The notes beneath the pieces are model-generated. The model was given only the letters and a program-made list of their open reading frames with translations, had not been told where the DNA came from and ran no database searches. A program made the translations under genes and the position numbers. Positions 9,745-18,290 of a stretch of DNA of 42,551 nucleotides are shown in pieces (within the stretch, counting starts at the first letter, position 1; each line of letters starts with the position of its first letter). The stretch is from Butyricicoccus sp. Lineage in GTDB: Bacteria > Bacillota > Clostridia > Oscillospirales > Butyricicoccaceae. Where the stretch lies: positions 1 through 42,551 of the forward strand of contig JAUMSA010000091.1 in the NCBI GenBank assembly GCA_031293105.1, given 5' to 3'.

Positions 9745-11520
9745 ATGAGTAAGAGAATCGAAAGCTTGAATATCCCCAGAGTGGAAGTCGACCCGGTAAC
9801 CTTGCAGGTGCTCGGCGGTTCGTTTAAAATGATTGCGCAGGAAATGGGAATGGTGCTGTATCGCATGTCGTATTCGAGCATCATCCGCGAATCGGAGGAT
9901 ATCGGCGCCGGCATCGTGGACACGATGGGCCGTCAGCTTTGCGAAAGCGAAAGCACGCCGATGCACGTCGGTTCGATCGGCGGCAACGTCAAGGGCATTC
10001 TGACCCGCTGGAAGCTGGAGGATATCCACGAAGGGGACATTTTCATCCACAACCACCCCTATTACGGCACGTCGCACTCGCCGGATATTCACATCTGTCT
10101 GCCCATTTTCTATCACGGCAAGCTCATCAGCTTTTCCTGCGTGCAGGCGCACCTTTTGGATAACGGCTCGCACACGGCGGGCATGGACGTCGATGCGCGC
10201 GACATCTACGCCGAAACGCGCATTTATTACGCGCTCAAGCTGTATGAAAACGGCAAGCGCAACGACCAGCTCTGGCAGATGATTCTGGACAATGTGCGCA
10301 CCCCGTCCATGAACGAAAACGACCTGAAAGCCATGATCGCGTCCGCGCGGCACGGCATCAAGCGTTTCACCGAACTCATTGACAAATACGGTCTCGAAAC
10401 CGTCTTTTCGGCCATCGAAGACTGGATGGACTATTCCGAGCGCATGCTGCGCAGCGCCATCCGCAAGGTGCCGGACGGCACCTACTACGCCGAGGGCTGG
10501 CTGGACAACGACGGCAAGAACCTGGACAAAATGCTCAAGGTGTGCACCACGACGACCATCAAGGACGACACCATCACCATCGATCTGACCGGCAGCGCCG
10601 ACGAAGTGTATACGGCCTTTAACGCCTCCTTCGAGGGCACCACCAAGACCTCGATCAACTACATCATGCACGCGCTGTTCTTGGACGACGATGTCTACCA
10701 TCAATACATCCCGCAGAACGACGGCATGGCCCGCCCGGTCACGATCATTGCGCCCAAGGGCTGTATCTTTAACCCGAACTTCCCCCGCGCGACCTTCTCG
10801 CGCTTTAACCAAGCCAACCTGCTCGCCGACTGCGTGATGCGTTCGCTCGCGCCTGTGATGCCCGAACGCGTCTCGGCCGGCACCAGCGCCCACATCCATT
10901 TTGTCAGCTACAACGGCTTTAACAAGGCCAAGGGCGAATATTGGGTCTATCTGGAGGTGGACGAAGGCTCGTATGGCGGCCGCTGCGGCAAGGATGCCAT
11001 CGATTCCTGCGACGCTTTGGTAGCCAACACGCGCAATGTGCCCATCGAAGAAATCGAATGGCATTACCCGCTGCGCGTCGAGCGCTATGAACTCAACCCG
11101 GAAAAGGTCGCGCCCGGCAAATGGCGCGGCGGCCTGGGCATTGTGCGCGAAACCCGCTTTTTGCAGGACGGCACGGTCACCTGTGAGGGCGACCGGCACA
11201 AGGAACGCCCCAAGGGCATCTTTGGCGGGTCGGACGGCAGCTCGGCCAGCATGACCAAAAACCCGGACAGCGACCACCCGATTTCGCTCGAGTCCAAGCT
11301 GTCCGACGAGGAATTTGCGGCCGGGGATGTGTTGCAGATCCGCACGCCCTGCGGCGGCGGTTATGGCAACCCGTTTGAACGCGACCCGCAGAAGGTGCTG
11401 GGCGATGTGCTGGACGACTTCACCACCATCGAGGACGCCCGCGCGTCCTATGGCGTGGTCATCGACCCGGCGACCATGACGGTCGATTTGGAGGCAACCG
11501 CCCGGATTCGCGCGGATTGA
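9745..11520 (+). CDS. hyuB: Hydantoinase B/oxoprolinase family subunit (N-methylhydantoinase B-like)
   Basis: SYSSIIRESED, HVGS, NHPYYGTSHSPD, GKWRGG, TPCGGGYGNP. Confidence 0.93.
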   Translation: MSKRIESLNIPRVEVDPVTLQVLGGSFKMIAQEMGMVLYRMSYSSIIRESEDIGAGIVDTMGRQLCESESTPMHVGSIGGNVKGILTRWKLEDIHEGDIFIHNHPYYGTSHSPDIHICLPIFYHGKLISFSCVQAHLLDNGSHTAGMDVDARDIYAETRIYYALKLYENGKRNDQLWQMILDNVRTPSMNENDLKAMIASARHGIKRFTELIDKYGLETVFSAIEDWMDYSERMLRSAIRKVPDGTYYAEGWLDNDGKNLDKMLKVCTTTTIKDDTITIDLTGSADEVYTAFNASFEGTTKTSINYIMHALFLDDDVYHQYIPQNDGMARPVTIIAPKGCIFNPNFPRATFSRFNQANLLADCVMRSLAPVMPERVSAGTSAHIHFVSYNGFNKAKGEYWVYLEVDEGSYGGRCGKDAIDSCDALVANTRNVPIEEIEWHYPLRVERYELNPEKVAPGKWRGGLGIVRETRFLQDGTVTCEGDRHKERPKGIFGGSDGSSASMTKNPDSDHPISLESKLSDEEFAAGDVLQIRTPCGGGYGNPFERDPQKVLGDVLDDFTTIEDARASYGVVIDPATMTVDLEATARIRAD

Positions 11521-11571
11521 CCGAAGCGGCTGGGGGCTGCTGTATGTGCCATCTGGAAGGAGAGTGCACAG

Positions 11572-11910
11572 ATGAAAAAAATTGAAATCATCATCCGGCC
11601 GGAAAAAGTCGGGGTTATGAAAGCAATTTTAAGCGAAATTGGTGCAACTGGCGCCATGTTTTCCGGTATCCAGGGTTATGGTACCGAGCACAGCGAACAG
11701 TACATCTACAACGGGGAACAATTCTTCGAACAGCTTTATTCCAAAACCAAAGTGGAGGTTGTCATCAAGGACGAACTGGTCGAAAAACTGATCGACCTGG
11801 TCGTTACGCGGATTTCAACCGGACAAATTGGCGATGGACGCATCTTTGTGTACAACGTCGAGGAAGCGGTACGAGTCCGCACCGGCGAACGAGGTGTTTT
11901 ATCGCTCTAA
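11572..11910 (+). CDS. P-II family signal transduction protein (divergent T-loop)
   Basis: 112 aa; MKKIEIIIRP N-terminus, TGQIGDGRIFV B-loop, VRVRTGE C-loop. Confidence 0.92.
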   Translation: MKKIEIIIRPEKVGVMKAILSEIGATGAMFSGIQGYGTEHSEQYIYNGEQFFEQLYSKTKVEVVIKDELVEKLIDLVVTRISTGQIGDGRIFVYNVEEAVRVRTGERGVLSL

Positions 11911-11983
11911 GCGAGATCAAATCCATACAGCAGCCTGGCTGACAAGGCCGATTGGCTGCGAAACCGGACGACTGCATAAACTC

Positions 11984-12019
11984 AACGGCGAGACATGGAA
12001 CCATGTCCCGCCGTTTTTT
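11984..12019 (+). terminator. Terminator-like hairpin in the leader of the NCS1 gene
   Basis: AACGGCG.GACATGG-AA-CCATGTC.CGCCGTT followed by TTTT. Confidence 0.55.
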
Positions 12020-12051
12020 ACCCGTCCGGGCCAAGAAAGGGGAGACCACCG

Positions 12052-14226
12052 ATGAAAAACAAGCCCGCGCGTGCGCCCGCAAAGACCAAGGGCAACACGC
12101 TCATTTCCGAAGACATTCTGCCGATCGTATCCACCCGGCGCTCGCTGGGCGGGCTGGGGTTTGCGAACATCTGGATTGGCATGGCCATTGTCATTTCGGT
12201 GTTCAGCTTCGGCGCGAGCGGCATCGAAGGCATGAACATTTTCGGCGTGGCCAGCGCCACGCTGGTGGCCAACATCATCATTGCCGCCATCGGCAGCCTG
12301 ACCGGCGACATCGGCGTGGAACACGGCCTGTCGTTTGCCACCTATCTGCGCGCGCCCTTTGGGGTGACGGGCGTGCATTTCCCGGCCGTGGCGCGCGGCA
12401 TTGTGGCCGCCTGCTGGTTTGGCATCAATACCTATATCGGTTCTACGGCCATCAACTACTTTACCATTGCCCTGTTCGGCATCGATAACTGGTTTTTGTG
12501 GTTTTTGGTGTTCGCGGTGGTGCAGATCATCAACACCATGCTCGGCATCAAGGCCATCGATAAATTTGCATCCTTTGCCGCGCCCTGTATCATCCTCATC
12601 ACCTGCTGGATGTTCTACCGCGTGCACGCCATTGCGGTGCTCAACGACGTATCCATTTTGGGCTATGTGCCCGCCCAGCCGACGGCCAACTGCTGGCTGA
12701 TTACCATGTGCGCCAACACCGGCATGTGGGCGGCCCTCGCGGCCGACATCCCCAACATGACCCGCAGCCTCAAGGCGCCGGTCGGGGAGCGCAACTGGTT
12801 TAAGCGCAACCGCAACAACTGGATTCCGCAGTTTGCCACCCTGCCCATCATCGAAACCTTTATCGCCGTCATCGGCGCGATTTCCTACCTGACCACCGGC
12901 AACTGGAACCCGGTCGAGGTCATCCAGTCGCAGGCGCAGGGCGCGACCCTCATTTTGCTGCTCGTGATGGTCATTTTGGCCCAGTGGTCGACCAACACGG
13001 CCGCCAACCTGGTGCCGCCCGCCATGTGCTTCACCAACGCGGGCGCCAAATGGAACCTATCGTACAAGGTCGCGGTGCTGATCGCCGGCCTGATCGGCGT
13101 ATGCGTCATGCCGTGGCGCATCCTGGACCAGCTGTACACCTACCTTGGGTATTTTGGTTCCTTCCTGTCCGCGCTGGCCGGTATCATGCTGTGCGATTAT
13201 TACTGCATCCGGCGCCGCCGGCTCAATGTGCAGGATTTGTACAAACCCGACGGCCAGTACCGCTACCATGGCGGCTTTAACCTGTGCGGCATCATCGCCT
13301 GGTGCGCAGGCACCCTGGCCGCCAACATCGGCTCGGACTATGGCTACCTGTTCGGCCTGCCGACCGGCTTTTTGGTCTATTTTGTGCTGATGAAGGTCTG
13401 GTATCTCAAAAAATTCCCGCAGGCCGAGGTCACATCCGGCTATTCCGAAGCCTATCTCGGTCTGTCGGTGGGCAACGATTGGGTCATCCCGGGTTATGAA
13501 TCCTTTGCGGGCATCGAGGAAGTGCCCCGCGTGGCCAAGGTCGACCGCAAGCGGTACACGGGCGGCCAGGTTTACGAAGCCGCGACCGGCCACAAGCTGA
13601 TTATCACCTTTGGCCGCCAGTACGGCAGCCGCGGCAAGGAATTGGCCAAGATTTTGGCCGCCAAGCTGGATTTGCCGGTGTACGATGAAGATATGATTCG
13701 GCTGGCATCCGAACGGCTGGGCATGGACCCGGAAGTCGCGCGCCAGCACGATGAGATGCCGCCGAGCGAATGGATGCACGCGCTCACGGCGGGCGGCATG
13801 TACGCCGCCAAGGAATACGAGGCCGCGACCAGCGATAAGATGTTCGCCATCCAGTCGCAGATCATCCTGGAACTGGCGCGCACGACCTCGTGCATCCTGG
13901 TCGGCCGGTGTGCCAACTACGTGCTCGACCGCGCGGGCATCCCGACCATCGACATTTTCGTGGTAGCCAACCTGGAAGACCGCATCAAGCACATCGCCGA
14001 GCGCGACCAGGTGGACTACGACAAGGCCAAGTCCTATGTGCTGCGCACCGAGAAAAAGCGGGAAGCGTACTTTAACCACTACACCACCTACGAGTGGGGC
14101 AATCCGCAGGATTACGACCTGTGCGTCAACACGAGCAGCGCCATGTCGCTCGATGATTTGGCCGAGCACATCGCGGGCTTTATCCGCAATGAGCCGCAGC
14201 AGACGGCCGCCGGACAGACCGCCTAA
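12052..14226 (+). CDS. NCS1 (nucleobase/hydantoin) permease fused to a C-terminal cytidylate-kinase-like domain
   Basis: NCS1 motifs LRAPFG, WFGINT, QWSTN..AN, IMLCDYY in about 12 TM helices; soluble C-terminus IITFGRQYGSRG...LVGRCANYVL...YDLCVN; start after GAAAGGGGAG. Confidence 0.9.
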   Translation: MKNKPARAPAKTKGNTLISEDILPIVSTRRSLGGLGFANIWIGMAIVISVFSFGASGIEGMNIFGVASATLVANIIIAAIGSLTGDIGVEHGLSFATYLRAPFGVTGVHFPAVARGIVAACWFGINTYIGSTAINYFTIALFGIDNWFLWFLVFAVVQIINTMLGIKAIDKFASFAAPCIILITCWMFYRVHAIAVLNDVSILGYVPAQPTANCWLITMCANTGMWAALAADIPNMTRSLKAPVGERNWFKRNRNNWIPQFATLPIIETFIAVIGAISYLTTGNWNPVEVIQSQAQGATLILLLVMVILAQWSTNTAANLVPPAMCFTNAGAKWNLSYKVAVLIAGLIGVCVMPWRILDQLYTYLGYFGSFLSALAGIMLCDYYCIRRRRLNVQDLYKPDGQYRYHGGFNLCGIIAWCAGTLAANIGSDYGYLFGLPTGFLVYFVLMKVWYLKKFPQAEVTSGYSEAYLGLSVGNDWVIPGYESFAGIEEVPRVAKVDRKRYTGGQVYEAATGHKLIITFGRQYGSRGKELAKILAAKLDLPVYDEDMIRLASERLGMDPEVARQHDEMPPSEWMHALTAGGMYAAKEYEAATSDKMFAIQSQIILELARTTSCILVGRCANYVLDRAGIPTIDIFVVANLEDRIKHIAERDQVDYDKAKSYVLRTEKKREAYFNHYTTYEWGNPQDYDLCVNTSSAMSLDDLAEHIAGFIRNEPQQTAAGQTA

Positions 14227-14232
14227 ATCAAA

Positions 14233-14272
14233 AAAATGTGATGCGAAGCCCTTGGGCTTTGCATCACATTTT
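14233..14272. terminator. Bidirectional terminator between convergent genes
   Basis: AAAATGTGATGC.AAGCCC...GGGCTT.GCATCACATTTT. Confidence 0.8.
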
Positions 14273-14279
14273 GGCGTTG

Positions 14280-15773
14280 TTATAAACGGTCGAGTTCTTC
14301 GGCCAGGTCGAGCAGGAAGCGGTAAACCGCCTGTTTTTCCTTGCGGGCGGGCGGCACACGGCGCACGCAGTTTTCCAGCGCGCTGGCCGCAGCGTTGACA
14401 ATGCTGATTTCATCGCTCAGCCGGAAGCCCTCTCGGTTCATCTGCACCATCCACTGGTTTTGTTTGCACCAACAGTTGATGGACGGCAGGCGAATGTTGT
14501 CCTTTTCCGAGGCCAGCACGATGTGCATGCGCGGGTACTGCATCAGCTCCTGGGCGACGTGGCGGATTTCCTGCGCGATCTGCCGTTTGGTCACGCAGAT
14601 TTGCTTGCCGCTCAGGATGGTCAAACTTCCGCTGACGAATACATCCTCCTGGATGCGCCGCAGCATGGGCTCGAGCTGAAAAATCAGCACAAAGGGTTCC
14701 TGTTGTCTGCCTTCTTTGCTATAATCACAAGCAGTGACCTGCCGGAACCGGTCGCTCACCAAAAGCTGCTGCTCGATTTCATCCGGCCGGATGCCGTTCT
14801 GGGTCAGGATATCCCGCAGGAGCGATTCGGGCGAGGACAGGAAGGCGGGCACGGGCAGGAAGGTATAAAAGGCGCCCCGGCGCTGGAAGTGGGGGATGTC
14901 GTTGACCAGCTCGCGGAAATCCATGGGATGGAACGACTGAAAAACGCTGCTGCACTGCTCGATGACGTGATTGGCCAGCCCTTCGTGCTGGATGACGCAG
15001 GCGCTGTCGGTGAACACCATGGTGGACGGCGGCTGGCCTTCGGCCGAGATGCCCAGGAGAGATACCGCGTGGTTCAGGATGAAAAACGACAGATGGATGA
15101 TTTTTTCGTCGTAGTATTCGTAATAATACCATTCGACGTTGCGGTGGAAGATTAGCGCGCTGCACGTGTGGAAGAACGCCACGAACCGGCCGCCGAGCGC
15201 CGAATAATGGATGACGAACTTGGCGTGGAAGCCCTTGTGCAGCAGGTTGATGACCTGCTCCAAAAAACGGGCGGAAAAGGCTTTGTCCTCCAAAATCCAG
15301 GCGTATTCTTCCGAGTCGAGAAAGATGAGTTCGCCGGGGACGGTCATATGCCCGGCATATGCGAGCATCTGTTCCATGGCTTCCCGCCGGCCGGCATTGC
15401 CTTCAAACACCAGGGTCGGGATGGTATGGGCGCGCGGGGACGACAGTTTGTGCTGGGACGCGGTTTCCCGCAGGGGGGCGCTGGACAGCGCCTGCCGCAA
15501 AAGCTGCTCCATGTCGTCCACCTGCTCGATGGTTTCGTGCGGATACAGCTCAAGCAGGGCGTCTTTTAGAAGCTGGTGGGACGGCGCGCCCTGCGTGAGC
15601 AGGTAGTCCAGCACCTGGTCAAAGTAGATGGTCTTGTCGGAAAAGGCGCGTTTGCCGGTTTTCCATTTGCTGACCAGGCTGGCGTCCACGTGGAGCGCCT
15701 GCGACATCGCGTTCGTTGGAATGTTCAGATACTGCATAAAGAATCCCAAGGTGGAAAGCGTTTTGTTTTTCAT
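14280..15773 (-). CDS. Large putative transcriptional regulator with N-terminal XRE-type HTH
   Basis: MSQALHVDASLVSKWKTGKR HTH pattern; AAGGAGG RBS; remainder not recognised. Confidence 0.7.
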   Translation of the reverse strand: MKNKTLSTLGFFMQYLNIPTNAMSQALHVDASLVSKWKTGKRAFSDKTIYFDQVLDYLLTQGAPSHQLLKDALLELYPHETIEQVDDMEQLLRQALSSAPLRETASQHKLSSPRAHTIPTLVFEGNAGRREAMEQMLAYAGHMTVPGELIFLDSEEYAWILEDKAFSARFLEQVINLLHKGFHAKFVIHYSALGGRFVAFFHTCSALIFHRNVEWYYYEYYDEKIIHLSFFILNHAVSLLGISAEGQPPSTMVFTDSACVIQHEGLANHVIEQCSSVFQSFHPMDFRELVNDIPHFQRRGAFYTFLPVPAFLSSPESLLRDILTQNGIRPDEIEQQLLVSDRFRQVTACDYSKEGRQQEPFVLIFQLEPMLRRIQEDVFVSGSLTILSGKQICVTKRQIAQEIRHVAQELMQYPRMHIVLASEKDNIRLPSINCWCKQNQWMVQMNREGFRLSDEISIVNAAASALENCVRRVPPARKEKQAVYRFLLDLAEELDRL

Positions 15774-15935
15774 AGATTCCTCCTTTTCGCCGGGATAACC
15801 ACAATAAATCCAGGATTTTTGTTATTTATGTGCCAAAAATCCGCGAATCTGGGAAAGAGTTTTGCAAAAAGATAGTTTCATTATAATACAACTTCGTGTT
15901 TAAATAAACATAAAAAGACCGGCGGAAGGAGCGTT

Positions 15936-16823
15936 ATGAAAAATTCGTTTTTTGTTTTACTGGCAGGTGCGCTGTGGGGCATCCTATCGATTTTTGTCCA
16001 TATCCTCAATGGGGCCGGGTTTGGCGCGCTGGCCTGCGTGGAGGTTCGGGCGTTTTTTACGGCGGTGCTGCTGTTTTTCTACCTGCTCGCGACCGACCGC
16101 CGCAAACTGAAAATCCAGCTGCGCGATTTGCCGGTTTTCCTCGGCACCGGCCTGCTGAGCATCGTGTTTTTCAATTACTGCTATTTTAAGGCCATCGAAC
16201 TGACCGGCAGCGCCGCCGTGCCCGCGCTTTTGCTGTATACCGCGCCGCTGTTTGTGATGCTGCTGTCCGCCTTGCTGTTTCACGAGAAGATCACCCGCAG
16301 CAAGATTTTGGCCGCGGTGCTCACGTTTATCGGCCTGGGCTTTGTGACCGGCGCCTTCAGCGGCGGGGAGTCGCTCTCCGGGCAGGTCGTGCTGCTCGGC
16401 CTGGGCGCCGGCCTGGGGTATGCGCTGTACAGCATCTTCGGCAAATGCGTGGCCGGCAAGTACGACGCCAGCACGATCACCTTTTATACCTTTGCCGTGG
16501 CCGCGGTGGGCGTATTGCCGCTGTCCGGCCCGGCGGACTATGCGCCGCTGCTGCTGCATGTGTCCAATCTGCTGCCCGGCCTGGGGCTGGCGGTGTTCAG
16601 CACCGTGCTGCCGTTTCTGTTTTACACCAAGGGCCTGACCGGCATGGACGCCGGAAAAGCCGCCATTTTGGCGACCATTGAGCCCTTTGTGGCCGCCTTG
16701 GTCGGCGCGGCGTTCTTTCACGAACAGTTCAACGCTTCCAAAATCGTGGGCATGGTGCTGATTTTGGGCGCCATCGTCTATTTAAACGCCGCGCCGCGGC
16801 TGGCGCGTCCGCACCGCCCGTAA
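15936..16823 (+). CDS. DMT/EamA-family transporter
   Basis: About 10 TM segments in two repeats; LLYTAP, YALYSIFGK and EPFVA motifs. Confidence 0.9.
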   Translation: MKNSFFVLLAGALWGILSIFVHILNGAGFGALACVEVRAFFTAVLLFFYLLATDRRKLKIQLRDLPVFLGTGLLSIVFFNYCYFKAIELTGSAAVPALLLYTAPLFVMLLSALLFHEKITRSKILAAVLTFIGLGFVTGAFSGGESLSGQVVLLGLGAGLGYALYSIFGKCVAGKYDASTITFYTFAVAAVGVLPLSGPADYAPLLLHVSNLLPGLGLAVFSTVLPFLFYTKGLTGMDAGKAAILATIEPFVAALVGAAFFHEQFNASKIVGMVLILGAIVYLNAAPRLARPHRP

Positions 16824-16829
16824 CCAAAA

Positions 16830-16861
16830 AAGGAGACCATCCGGTATTGGATGGTCTCCTT
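16830..16861. terminator. Bidirectional terminator hairpin
   Basis: AAGGAGACCATCC...GGATGGTCTCCTT between convergent genes. Confidence 0.75.
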
Positions 16862-16878
16862 GCCTTTTGGGGTGTTTT

Positions 16879-17733
16879 TTAAACGGCGCTGTCCAGGCGC
16901 AGGCTGATGTCCAGCCAGCCCGAGGGCGTATCAATCCGTGCGCTGGTGCCGGCCATGCCGCCGGGAAGGCGCTCGGAAACCACGGGCGGTTTGATATCAC
17001 AGCTGAGATTGCGCTGGGTCAGCGCGGTCGCCGCGTTGCCGCAGACGATGTTGGTCAGCTCGCAGAGCGCCGACTGCACGAGCGCGTCCAGCTCCTCGAG
17101 TTCGAGCATGGTCATGGTTTCGAGCAGATGCAGCGCCAGCTCCTTGGAAAACCCGAAGATCACCGTGCCCGGCAAATCCCCGATGAGGTCCAGGGAAATA
17201 AAGAGATCGCCCTGCGGGGGCGCGAACCCGAGTTCCTTCTGCTGGGCCGTGCTGCGGTCTAACCCGGCCATGGTTTCCATCACATTGAGGGCATTGCCCG
17301 CAAACAGGTCGATGTATTGATCAAACGCATGCTTGGGTTCTTCGGTCTGCTCCCCGGAAACGATTTTCTGGTCGGTATCCACCACATGATAGATGAGCCA
17401 GACCGTGACCGTACCGACCAAATCCTGCATGGTTTTCTGGTCAAAGCCGTCCTCTTTCAGACGCTTTTCATACTCTAAAACGGTTTGGGTGAACTGCCGG
17501 TGCTCGACTTTGTGCGCTTCGAGGCCGCTGTAATGGATGGATTCCTGGTATTCTTCTTCATCCCGGAAATGGTAGATGACATAATCCTTCAAAAAGCCGA
17601 GCGCCTTTTGATAGTCCTCTACGGTTGCCGTACCCTTTACGGCATTGACCAGTTCTTCGGTCATGCGGAACAGCTCGATATGCTGCGTGTCGATGCGATC
17701 GACGCCAAGCCGGTAGCTTTCCTTCCACATCAT
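16879..17733 (-). CDS. Bacteriohemerythrin fused to a CheX/CheC-like phosphatase domain
   Basis: W...Y.LGV..ID.QH, HFRDEE, HKVEH and HVVDTD di-iron ligands; C-terminal SALCELTNIVCG (ExxN) motif. Confidence 0.88.
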   Translation of the reverse strand: MMWKESYRLGVDRIDTQHIELFRMTEELVNAVKGTATVEDYQKALGFLKDYVIYHFRDEEEYQESIHYSGLEAHKVEHRQFTQTVLEYEKRLKEDGFDQKTMQDLVGTVTVWLIYHVVDTDQKIVSGEQTEEPKHAFDQYIDLFAGNALNVMETMAGLDRSTAQQKELGFAPPQGDLFISLDLIGDLPGTVIFGFSKELALHLLETMTMLELEELDALVQSALCELTNIVCGNAATALTQRNLSCDIKPPVVSERLPGGMAGTSARIDTPSGWLDISLRLDSAV

Positions 17734-17960
17734 AGTGTTTTCAACCTCTTTTCTAATTCTTTACTTTATAAATTTACAATAGCATGGTTGTGCTGTTTTG
17801 TAAACAACAAAGCAGGAACAATCCCCATAAGGCGGGCAAAACCGCCTTTTGTCCGGCTGGTTTGGCTGCCGCAGGGGCCTTTTATATTGACACCAGGGCA
17901 ATATTGTGTTATCTACTATATGGAAGGAACGCAATCCGGACAATCGAAAGAAAGCAGAGG

Positions 17961-18245
17961 ATGAGGATGAAGAAATCAGCCAATACCATACGGGCCTGCC
18001 ATTTCCGCAAACGCAATGGACAGTATGTGCTCAACCCCAAGGCCTGCTATTGCTGGCATATCCCCAAGGCGCTGCGCCGCTCTCGTATCAAACCCGGCGA
18101 CCTGGTCATGGTGCGCGCCCACGACCATCGGGAAGTGGTGCTGGTGATGGAAGTGTTCCGTGAAGAGATCGAAGAAACCAACCGCACGTATAAACCGGTG
18201 CTGTGTAAATTAAAGAAAAATTTCTTAGACAAGCCTAAGAAATAA
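17961..18245 (+). CDS. Small basic hypothetical protein (DUF5839-like)
   Basis: WHIPKALR...IKPGDLVMV pattern; GAGG upstream; ORF-track start shortened; family call from memory. Confidence 0.6.
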   Translation: MRMKKSANTIRACHFRKRNGQYVLNPKACYCWHIPKALRRSRIKPGDLVMVRAHDHREVVLVMEVFREEIEETNRTYKPVLCKLKKNFLDKPKK

Positions 18246-18252
18246 TGCCGCA

Positions 18253-18284
18253 AAGCGCCCCGGAGCGAAGTCTCCGGGGCGCTT
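18253..18284. repeat. REP-like hairpin / bidirectional terminator (family A, copy 1)
   Basis: AAGCGCCCCGGAG-cgaagt-CTCCGGGGCGCTT; related copies at 20950-20966 (half) and 25465-25498. Confidence 0.8.
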
Positions 18285-18290
18285 GTGTCT

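Noticed and set aside
8536..11277. 913-aa minus-strand ORF
   Set aside because: Antisense shadow of the GC3-rich hydantoinase genes; no motifs or RBS
13057..14169. 370-aa minus-strand ORF, and similar long antisense ORFs (6493-7548, 7582-8358, 23641-24426)
   Set aside because: Codon-bias shadows of well-supported plus-strand genes
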